Under the pieces are notes generated by a model that made no database searches, had not been told where the DNA came from, and saw only the letters and a list, made by a program, of their open reading frames with translations. Of a stretch of 64,000 nt of DNA, positions 36,714-48,800 are shown one piece after another. The position numbers and the translations under genes are program-made. Source of the DNA: Ylistrum balloti (Eukaryota); assembly GCF_031769215.1 (NCBI RefSeq), contig NW_026782558.1, positions 992,001 through 1,056,000 of the forward strand. The letters are read 5' to 3'. How positions within the stretch are numbered: the first letter of the stretch is position 1; every line of letters starts with the position of its first letter.

Positions 36714-37742
36714 ATGTCACAATACTCCCAGCGCATGGGAAGACTTGCTGCCAGGATATTTGGTGATGTTACTAGACAAACAAATGCCAGGTCCAAAAAA
36801 GTGGAGAGGATGTTCAGAGATAAACCCTATCATTTACGTCCAGAGGTTGTTGACTACTATCCAAACTACAAAGTCATCAACAGGCTAGAATTCAAGCTTC
36901 GGGCATTTGGAATGTTCAGGTATGTAATAAGAAAACAAAAGTTTATATAATCATATGAATTTTTTTAAAGATAATTACTAAAATAGTAATTTTGAACTAT
37001 ACATGTACCTGCATTTGATACATTTATTCTGAAAGTAATTAAAGAAATCGGAATTGATCCTAGCATGATTGTTAAGGTCAGTCTTTCTTTGAAGTTGAGA
37101 TGCTGCAATATTTACAAACCAAACAGAAGGCAATACTCAGATAATGATTAAATATTTACTTTTCATTTACCATCCTTTTTAACTTTTACTGTGCTGTATA
37201 CCTATCAACAGCCCTGGTCTTGATTTTTATGCTCCCCAAAGCATATACATGTAGTCGCTGATTTTGTCTGTCAGTCCATCTTTCTGGCCTTTCGAGTCCA
37301 GAGCATAATCTTGCCCACAGTTAAGCAAGGATCATGAAACTTGGTGTGTACTCATACTGACATAGTTGATACTAAGACAATATGCATTGTATCAAATTCA
37401 GGACTTGCATTAAGTGTCCTTTGTTAAAATTTCATGTTAGGAGTACAACTTTGCTTGCATTTAAACAAGGATAATGAAACTTGAGGTAATCAATTGTCAT
37501 ACTAATAAGACAATATACCAATGTCAGGGCCTGAACTCCTCAATTATGAGTTATTGCCCTTTGTGAAAATTTTGTTTCCATTGAAGTTGTTTTGGAAAGC
37601 CTTCTTCAGTTTTACTGATACTCTTGTTTGTTTTTCCAGAGACCCCCACTTAAATGTTAAAAATGAATTTGAGAGGATGAGTTTTCTTGAGGGCAAAGTC
37701 AAACCAGAGAAAGGTAAAGGAAGACGGGCCACGCGCAGATAA
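36714..37742 (+). CDS. MRPS33: Mitochondrial ribosomal protein S33, 102 aa; exons 36714-36919 and 37640-37742
   Basis: MSQYSQRMGRLAARIFGDVTRQTN...FKLRAFGMFR|DPH...GKVKPEKGKGRRATRR* aligns to human MRPS33. The phase-2 GT-AG junction is in frame. Confidence 0.96.
37225..37590 (+). mobile_element. HINE-like repeat fragment in the MRPS33 intron
   Basis: It starts TTTTTATGCTCCCC, has a GTCTGTCAGTCC remnant, ATGAAACTTG twice and GAGTTATTGCCCTTTG. Confidence 0.45.
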
Positions 37743-39893
37743 GCAGATGTGTGATGAATGGACAGTAAATGAAGAAAACAAAACAAAAATGTTTGCAAAA
37801 TGGAAAACTCTTGTTGTTTGAAGCATTTATTTATTATTTGAACACTTTTAAAAGCACCTTCGCTTGGAAATAATTTCAAGTTTGGTATGCCTATTGAAAA
37901 ACACAGCAGTTAGAATCAGTTTTTGTATTGAGGTGAAATATGAATATGAAGCTTTTACCTTTTTTTTAAATCTTGAACCTTCTCTTATTCTGATATCATG
38001 CAACATATACCGATTCTTTTAAATTACTTATATGCAGTATACTGGTGTTCTATGGTGTTCTATTATGACTGCGATATATGACCTGAAGTTTTCTGTAAAA
38101 TTAAGTTGAGTGCATTTACCAGAGCGAAAGTGATCTAATGTAACTGTTTGTGTATAACATTTGAGGATTAAATGAATGGTGAATATTACCGTATTTGTTT
38201 TTCTTGTATCCAAACAGCATAAAAAGTTGTAATTTCTTTGAGCATCATCTAGTTGATTAGCGATATGGTCCAATACGTCCTCAATATAATTATGTATCTT
38301 TTAATAGTTCACCAAAAAAATCTGATTTTGAGATTTTAAGATTGCCTTTCAGCCATGCTTGATAGCGCATCACTATTTATCAATTAAATTTGGAAACTGA
38401 TACATTTTGATGAAAAAGAAACACATTAGCTATGAGGTCAAATTTTTTATGCTGGAGACTGACGGAAAACTGCTCATTTCCCAAAGAGGTTTTTAAATGA
38501 TGATATAAAGAAAGATTCATAGGAGATCTTTAAAGCCCAACAATCGTCTATGAAAGAATCCTGCATTATCTAATATGCTGGTATGAAAACTAATCTGTCA
38601 CTGTCCTTGGAGTTTGTGACCTTTTTGTATGATATATGATGTTGTCATTCTGCTTTCTTCAAAATGAAACACATTTATTTGTTTATTAGCATTACTTTGT
38701 AGTTAAATGTGTTTTTACCTGACAATATCTACATTAAACAAAGTTCGAAACAACCAGGAGTACTGGACTCTCCATATCTTCATAGTCTACATTGTATTCT
38801 TCACAAACATCTTTTCCTACTTAAGATGCTGGAATAAGGATCAAAACATCAGGCTTATTTGAGTTTTATTTCATCCAATCATCTACATAGAATATACAAA
38901 TATTTTCATATTCTGTAATATAATTTTCAAAGTGCATCATAAGAAAATGTTCACATAGGATTTCCTATGTAAAACAAAACAAAATTTTCGGTTTTGAAAA
39001 TCATACATACAATATGTATATGAGAAAAACATCATTTGGATCTTCATTCAAGGTGAAGACAATAAGACTACAGGTAGAGACATGAAAGAAAGTTAATTTT
39101 CAGTTCAAGATATTTTGGCGTTATCACAGATAAAATGTCTATAAGACATATGAATGCCAATTACCTCCCCCCCCCCCCCCCCCCCAACTTCCTATACAAA
39201 CCTGAAGCTAAAATCTAATGAGCTGTAGAGGTTTCTGTTGTGTAATAGATATGAAACAAAACTATTGAGAAGTTCTCAACATATAGCATTGCTTAAATTT
39301 TTCACTGTGATGCGAATTACTACAACCGTATATGCCATTCCTTAAAATGGGAGGGGCATGAACATGAGTATATAAATATATACACATGTATGTATCGCAT
39401 CACCTGACATAAGTGAGATAACTTTTTACAATATAGTAAGACATGATGTACAAATGCTAGAAGTCCTGTCTAATATTGATAGAAACCTGCCAAGTTTTTT
39501 TTTATCAAATTCATACATGCATAGAGCAGGGGCTTCTAATGAACTGCCGGTGATAAAACTGCAGAACATTCTCTCAGATATTTAACACAATGAATTGCAA
39601 AATATCAAAGTCAATCTGAGTAGAGTGGGTGTAAACTGATAGACGTTCATGTGTAGAGGACTTTCACTTTAATGTGCGTTATATACACCTGGTTTGATAT
39701 AAAATATAAAGCATTAATGATACTCTTTATCAAGTTAATAATCACACATACATCTCATTATAAAAATAAATACCAGGCCCATTGTTGTCTTCAGTTACTA
39801 GTGCCACATAGCTATAAATCCCAGTTATAGTCACATTTGTAAAATGAGAATGTTTTAGCCATAAAGTCATTAATAATAGCAAAATAATTACAA

Positions 39894-42800
39894 TCAATAT
39901 TCAGGAATAAAGTTTGCTTTTGGAATTGGCGATATAGGTGGCAGCACTTTATGTCGATCTGATCCTGGCCGACCCCTTGAACCGGGTCGAGGGGCAGAAG
40001 GTGGTCTTGGTGCATTAAGTTCTTCTTGTTGACTGGTTTGAGATTTACCCCCCTTTTCTTCCTCCATAAATTCTAAAGGGTTCATGGTTTCCGTTGGTAA
40101 CTGGGGACCTTTACCCCCACCATGAACTGAACCTTCTGGCGAACCTCCACCCATATCACCTGCTGAAGCCACTGATAACATGGAGTCTGAGCGTTCGTCA
40201 CTGGAACTGTCCTCATCTGATTCAGCATGAGGTGGTTTCTGGACAGGGGCCGAGTATGACCTGCTGACCTCTCCGTCTCCTAAGCCCATCTGACCTTCCA
40301 CTGTCTGAGGTGCTGTCTTCGGGTATCTGTAAATAATTATAACGGTGGTTTATAGAAACCTTTTTGCCACTAAATGGTCCTCTGCTAATTATGATACATT
40401 TCTATTGTAAGAAAAACTTTAAAAACAATTAACAATTAATATTTGGAAAAGAAAAAGACTTTATATATATCAAAAAGTAAATGTAGGACGTGGATGTATG
40501 ATGAGATCGCTATTTGTGAAACGCAACCAAGTAATACACCATATACATAATTGGAGAATATCCAAGCAGTCGAAATTCTGACTCAAAGTAAACAACAAGT
40601 TACATTAAAATGACAGTAGTCAGACAGAAAAGTGACCACAGTTGACAAGTTTGAAGGGAAAATCATATCAGCCGTGTATATTTTTGCAATTGGAAACTGA
40701 TGGGTTTCTAACACAACTTAAGCATTGTATTATAATAAGACCTGTTTTTGCCAATTTTATAACAGCATGACAGTACATGATTATAGTTTGCTGTATATTC
40801 AATCCTAACTGAAAGGTTTGACATAGAAGCATCGGACAGAAGCACTATACACTGTACTGACTGTGTAACTATCTGCTCAAACAGTGGTGGTATGTAGCCT
40901 GAAACTGCATCTCTGGCAGCACTGTGTCTTCTTCTCCATGATGCCTCTTCCTGTAATTAACACAATAAAATCTATGAAGGGAATTTTTTTTTTCTTTATC
41001 TAATTATGATTACCAGTAATACAACGTTTAAAAAAGTAAATTTTGTTTCAAATCTGCAAATTTTCATGAAATATGCAAAAAAAATTCTGCAATAAAACAA
41101 TGAAACATTAATATTAATGTATCTTTAACATTAATTGAAATGGAATTCTCAAATTTGAATATCTGATTAAAACTTTGCTATGTTAAATCAACAACAATTT
41201 TTTTGGAATACCATGAATGTATGGAAAATGCTCAAGAATAAAAATCAAGAAAAATAATATGTGCATTTCATCTCTATGAAACAAGCATACCAGCATGCCT
41301 CTGCCTGACTGAACAGGTGACTGAGTAGCTTTGGCTCGCGTGTAAGCCTGAGACATTCCAGCGCTATCTGCGATACTTGGTTTTGACCATGTCCTTGTTC
41401 CTATTTGTGTAGTTCCATGGACGTCAGTCTCTACGTGTGTTTCAGCGTCACCGTCCACAGAACCTGCGGGTGACCTGTTGAGACTGATTCCTAAATAGTC
41501 CATCACCAGACGACGCAAACGTTTGTACGCGACCTGGATGTCATCTGAACAGAAAAACATGACATGTTCTTTCTCTTTATCATAATTTTTAAAGGCAAAG
41601 TTACACTTAGTGTACAATATTATATTTCATAATCAAGAGGCCCATACTGACCTCACCTATAAAAGCTGTCGTTTTTGTCATTGAAACATGTAATAAAAAA
41701 TTATCTGAACTACATGTACATTGCAAATGTAAACCAAGTTTAAATTATGCCCAAAAATGTCATGTAAATTAATTTGAATAAACTTATCCCCACCTTGGGG
41801 GAAACGTCAGATCATTGGGTCATAGAATACACATTTTTATAAGCACCAAAGATCCTTCCATCACAGACTAATTTATTCTACCATATCTGTGTCTTGAGAA
41901 GATTTTTGAAATTTCAGTCAATTGGACCCCTTTTGGCAGGCACCTCCCCTCAGGTCCTTGGGATTCAGCCTTGGCCAATATGTGCATACCATCAAAGTAC
42001 CATATGCTTATAATTCTTACAAAGTCCAAATTATTTGGCATTGAAATGAACGATGCTGAAAATGTATTTTTCCTATATTAATTATAATGAACTCCTCCCC
42101 CCTTCCCTCCCCAGGAATGAATGTGAGACTCTGGAGTTAGCCATGGTCAGTATGTAAATGTACTAGTGTAAATCTTGATGTGACCCCTATATGGTCCCGT
42201 CCCATAGTCTCTGGAGACTACAGGTGGGGTTCATAATTGTCATAACATCAAAACCTCATCCCATGGTTAAAATACAAATGAAGTTCCAATTGAATATGAA
42301 CAAAATATACCCAATAATATCATTTTCCTATATAAACTACAGTAAACTTTACCCTCACCAATGGGCAAACCTGGATCTGTGGGTTGAGTACATTATTATT
42401 ATCAAATTTGGTTAATCTTTGAAGAAGGAAGGTTCCTGCAAAATTAGTTCAGGGGTTTTGGAGAAGTTGAAAATGTTGCATAATGATATACAGTTTGTTT
42501 CAGGAAACCTAGGAAAATTTGGTAATGCAGATCATGTACCAAAAATACTTAAATAATTCCAGTACATATATGCTCAGTCAACTTGAACTATATCATTATA
42601 TTACTAAACTGACTGAATTAGAGAATAGACATAACAAATGATAGAAATAGTTCCAGTATCTAATGAACTTCATGATTATCAACAACAGAACTTACCACTA
42701 TCGATCATCATATCAAAAAATCCTGGGTGATCTTGGTTGTATCCAGCATATAGATCGGCCCGGGAAAGTGTGTGTTCTATCTGACCCTCTGTGTAGGTTG

Positions 42801-45800
42801 CTTTGTCTCGCAGGCGTTTCTCATGACAGTCTCGACCCAGCGGCATGATCAGTACATAGCGTGGCTCAAAATAGGTGTTCTTAACCGTCAGCACTCCCTG
42901 TCAGCAAATTTGATTAAATCAGCTTGTATTTTATTGGGTTACTTTTAAGATTTTTTTCTCAATGGCTCAAAATTTCATGGTTGAGAAACGGATTTACTGA
43001 CTTACTGAAACTGATTATGGTTCTCTTTATCAATTTTCTTTTTCTGTTTTGCAACTTTATTAAATCCTCAAAAATTGTGAAAAAAAACACTCCTCCAAAA
43101 TAACAACCTTTATGATATATTTATCTGATGTGTTGTGTTGTAATTGTGTATAGCAGAGTGGAAAAGCCATTAGCATGGCCTTAATTACCTCCAGTTCCAT
43201 ATGCACTACACAGGCAAGCCCCTCCCTGGCCACACTCTCAATAGACTCCATCTGCAGACCATACCAATCTCCATGGTATTGGTATGTCTGGATAAACTGG
43301 CCCTGTGAGAAAAAAAGATAAATCTTCTAATTTATCGGCTTAATTCTATCTGTATTCTATCTTTTCTTGTTTATTGGTTGTTAAGAAATACAGGAAATCG
43401 ATATACTTCCAGTAAACTCCAACAGTCATGAAAGGGACAGTCATGGTCTTATCTGAATGTCTAAAATTTGTTGATTTAAAGGATCAATAAGCATTAAAAT
43501 GATCGTTTGATTGATATGAAATACACCAATACAATTAAGTATGCCTCAGATGATTTTCTAAGAGTCTTGATTATCTGCTGGGAATGAAGATGGATGGATC
43601 AGCTGGGATTGGCAGCTGATGGATTATCTACTGGGAAGTGAGGCTGATGGATTATCTACTTGGAAGTGAGACTGATGGATTATCTACTGGGAAGTGAGGC
43701 TGATGGATTATCTACTGGGAAGTGAGGCTGATGGATTATCTACTGGAAAGTGAGGCTGATGGATTATCTACTGGGAAGTGAGGCTGATGGATTATCTATT
43801 GGGAAGTGAGGCTGATGGATTATCTACTGGAAAGTGAGGCTGATGGATTATCTACTGGGAAGTGAGACTGATGGATTATCTACTGGGAAGTGAGACTGAT
43901 GGATTATCTACTGGGAAGTGAGACTGATGGATTATCTACTGGGAAGTGAGGCTGATGGATTATCTACTGGGAAGTGAGGCTGATGGATTATCCACTGGGA
44001 AGTAAGACTGATGGATTATCTACTGGGAAGTGAGACTGATGGGTTATCTACTGGAAAGTAAGGCTGATGGATTATCTACTGGGAAGTGAGGCTGATGGAT
44101 TATCTACTGGGAAGTGAGACTGATGGATTATCTACTGGAAAGTAAGGCTGATGGATTATCTACTGGGAAGTGAGGCTGATGGATTATCTACTGGGAAGTG
44201 AGGCTGATGGATTTATTAATATTTACAGGGAATCTATGCTGTTGGTTTGTCTTCTAAAATTCAAAGCTGATTAAGTATCAAGACTGATGGACTGAGTTGA
44301 GGCTACTGAGAATTATTGAGTCAGAAATGTACCTTATAACAGTAACAATGAGAGTGTGTTTAAGTGTTTACCATTTTGATATCCATTTCAAATTTTTCCA
44401 GAGTCACGAAATGGTAGTCGACCCCGTCTGTCTCATCTGGCTGCATCTTTCGTGTTGTGTGAGAAACTCTACATAAGAAAAAAAAATTAAATTCCATCAA
44501 ACAGCAGTTCCTCCCATAACAATGAGTTTTCTGTATATCTTATTGTCACATTATCAAAGATAATTCATAAGTCAAGATTAACATATTTCATTCTTTAAGA
44601 ATATGGTACATTGAGCAATATATGTATCACTGGCCGATTTTGATTTCCTGCAGACACAGTTCCACATGAACTACAATATGTTGTCTTTTCAAGAATTTTT
44701 TTTTATTAATAATTCAACTTTTGTCATTGTACATACACCTACTACTATATGTAATTGTAAATTTCAAAATTTGTTTATAACAGGAAAACTATGATTGCAT
44801 ATGCAATTATGTTAAAAAATGGCTGCTGTTGTTTCCAGATAACAAAGTTTTGACCTGGCTTAAAAGCAACAACTACTTGTCAGCATTTTATTGCCAATTT
44901 TCAGTTCAATGGAAGGTCAGATGACCTGAAAAGTCATCGAGACTATGTGTATTTATTGTATGTAAAAAGACTATATATCCAAATTTGTTAAAGAAAAAAA
45001 AATAGATAAAAATGAAAAATACATGTACATGACTATATATGTTAAGTACAGTAATTGGAGATATTTTACATGGTACCCAAATAACTTTATTTTTACTCAC
45101 GCATATCCGAAATAATCTGAGAACTCATCCACCAACTTCATGGCAAGGTCCTTCTTGCCAGATCCCTGGGGCCCAACCAGGACTAGCATAGGGTATGGAG
45201 TCTCAATACTGGGCAGAGTGCTGGAAAAAAAATGCAATGCATCTCTATATTACACAAACTGAAAAATGATAACAACTTGAAATCAAAAGATTTCTTTTTG
45301 AATTTCAAGCATGGACAATTTTACAGATATCCTAGCTGTTTTGAAGTTTAATGAATAGACAGTGATTTTGAGTGAAACAATGCTCATTAAACTTTAATCA
45401 CTTTTGGCTGTTCCTAACATTTTCCACAACAGATCAACTTTGCAAAGGTGTTCAATATAAGTATCTCATTTTCCAACTAGCTTAGTGGGTATTGCTTAAC
45501 TACTGACAAACTTTGGTGTAATGTATATACACATAGAGATGGGTGATCAGAGATGAAAACCATTAGAGAATTAAAATAAAAAGAGAGCTTATTGTATTGA
45601 ATACCCTTGGATTGGGAAGTTGCATTCAGCAAGGCAGGCAATTAATATTTTTACACAAAAAATTGTTTAAGAACGATAACTATGCATTAAAAGAAATCAA
45701 ATGTTTGTGATTTAGAATGTCTTCAAGAAACATTGAAAATATTAATGAATAAATAGGGATTCCTAAATTTGGTTTTGTTTGATTACAATGAACAGCTGTT

Positions 45801-48800
45801 ATTTCTGTGTAGTCAGAAAATCAGACATCCTCAGCCCAAGAGAACTGCAAGTTCCCAAATGCCAGTTATTAATAACAAGCAGAGCTATTGTCTTGTGAAT
45901 AATATTTGTCCTCAATTAGCCCAGGGGTAAAAGTATTAATTATGATGGGACGAGGCAAAACATATCGGTTAATAATTGGACTAACTAGTAATATGTAGGA
46001 TGGGTTTATTACCAGAGAGAAAAATTTGGTATTTGTGATTCTTAACAAGGACTTACCTGTCGAGGACTCTGCTAAGCTGTAGGAAGGAATAAACAACATG
46101 CATGATATGGTCCCTGGCTGCAATCACCTCTAGTGGGGGATTAAACATGTTTACTGACGCGACCTGAAAGGTAGGAAAATCCGTAACATAGCAAACTTCG
46201 AGGGTAAATCATCATTATAACATGTACAGTTATATCATGCCATATATGGTGCTGACATACCAGTAACAGACAATGTACACTGAATTTTAAAGGATTTTAA
46301 ATGTATGCTTGTAAATATCACTTCAAATGGAAACAAAAAATTCTTCCAGTAGATCATAAAAACTTTCACCAAAACTTAAATTGTATGTACACTGCTTAAA
46401 AAAAGAAAAAAAGCTAATAAGTGTACACTACTTATAAAAGTGTACACTACTTCTTATGAAAGTGTACACTACTTTTTATGAAAGTGTACACTACTTCTTA
46501 TAAAAGTGTACACTACTTCTTATAAAAGTGTACACTACTTATAAAAGTGTACACTACTTATGAAAGTGTACACTACTTCTTATAAAAGTGCACACTACTT
46601 ATAAAAGTGTACACTACTTATGAAAGTGTACACTACTTATGAAAGTGTACACTACTTCTTATAAAAGTGTACACTACTTCTTATAAAAGTGTACACTACT
46701 TCTAAATGTGTACACTACTTCTTATAGATACTTTCTTTCTTGCCCCCCACCCTCCTCTCATCTGAAATACTGATGGATCATGGAGGTCAGTGGTGTTGTT
46801 GTTTTGTTACCTTTTCTTCTGCCTCCACTCGGTGACGATCAAGTTCATTCAATCTTTGCATCCTATAGAGTATGGACAGTCGATAGTCGGGGAGTTCCTG
46901 GATTGGGTTCCTTAGTAAATTCAACACACGCAACATCTCCAAGTCTTGTATGTACTTAACTTCTGAAATATCTATCACCTATTGCACAATAAAAATAACA
47001 GAAAAGAAAATCAAAAGCTGGAGAAAACTATCATGAACCCAGTCAACCAACTGCAACAACAATAGGTCTAACTTAAGATTGAATTTTCATTCATTGATGT
47101 TTTGATAATAATTCTTACATTGACTGAATAAATCTTTCTATTTACATTCATGATGGTATACAACATATTTCCAAACAATTTTAAAATAAACTTTATCAAT
47201 CCAATCTCTAAAAGACCTTGCATTAATTATCAACTGATAATAAGTTTACAAGAACATGCAAATCTCATGCATTTGGTATAAAATAAAATTGAAATATCAA
47301 ATTATCAGTTTTGTATTGCAATGGAGTACACTATATATTGATTTTAGAATTCGATTTTTTTTTCCAAACTAGTTTTTATCTGACCTCATTGTCCTCAAGG
47401 TCGATGGATTCCAAAAGGTCATGCTCCTGTAATCCCTTCATGCTTCGGATATTGTTTCCAGAAAAGTTCACTCTCTGTTATCAGAAAAAAATTTATTACA
47501 CATGATAATAAAGTATGATATATAAGATAAATATTACAAATAAAGAAATATTTACCAATTTATGCTATCATAATATTCTGAAAGTCAAAGTCATGCTAAA
47601 TACTATCAAACAAGAATTTTAAGAAACTTTACGGTTACAAAAAATAATCTTCAATTGTATAAAGTTTTTCCAAAATAGGCCCATATCTCTAGTTATTATT
47701 AGCCTTTCTGTATTGTTTAACTTACAATCAAAAAAAGCTCTGTAGAAAAGCCAAAGACCTATTTTATAACCTTATCATACTATCACTCCACTTTATGAAC
47801 TGTTACTGCCTACATGTTTAAATAAGTAATAAACATTCATTTTTTTTTAATTTAAATTTAAAACAATTACAAACTGAATGTCAAAATTTTCATTCTTACC
47901 TGTAATTTCTTCAAAGTTTCTAAATTTTCAATCCTTTTAATCTGATTATGGCACTGAAAATTAAAACAGGTAAAATGCAGACATGATCTGTCTATACTAT
48001 ACTATCATATAATATACATTGTATAGCAGCATCTTACACTAAATATGTACATATGAGTAACATTTAGCAAAATAAATCTCTTTTCTTCATTTTTTATCAT
48101 GCCTAAAGTTCTTGTAATACTGGTGTTAACAAAAATTGAAATTCTAGTTCACAGGAATGTAATACTAACTGCTGAAAAGTTTTATTTGACAGAATGTTCT
48201 TTCCAAATTAATTCAACATATGCTGTTTCGACTGAATTTCTCTACACTTGAATACTTACCAGATCTAGATGTTGTATTGGTAAGTTATTCAGTCCCTGTA
48301 TTCTGGAGATTTTATTGTGGGCTAACTGTAGAGTGTTTAGTCGCTGACAGTTCTCAAGACCACCTATTTCAGAGATTTGGTTGTCTATGGTGCGGTCAAG
48401 GCTTATTGGCCAAATTTACATATCAGATTATATCACCTTCATTATGAAAACGTGAAAAAGAAATCCAGGTATTCTGCATCTAGATTTCTTTATCTTTCGG
48501 GCTAAAATTCTTTCTTCTGCACGTAATTAAAAATTAAGTCCTGGTGTCCTTTGTTTGCTTTTCTAAATTTTTGGTCAAAAAGAGCAAACATGTGATTTCT
48601 TAAAAGGTCATTACATACATGAGTAGTGTGTACATAAAATGAAATTTTGAAAAAATGACAAGCACATACAAGTTTACAATTCAGTGGTAATTTTTACAAT
48701 TCTATAAAGACTTGGTCCATTACGCTTGAATAAAATTGAAGAATCAATGTAGACAATATAAAGGATACGGTTTAGGTTGAGTTTCATCAGATAGTGATGC

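Noticed and set aside
39167-39185. C19 tract (G-quadruplex potential on the minus strand)
   Set aside because: It is an isolated homopolymer with no functional context.
5297-44212. Shared TACTG word in the 45-, 24- and 28-bp units
   Set aside because: A 5-mer match is expected by chance, and the units do not otherwise align.
45150-45190. Non-canonical P-loop GPQGSGKKDL as a novel kinase variant
   Set aside because: Vertebrate LRGUK also lacks the canonical GKS/T as I recall, so this is a family trait.
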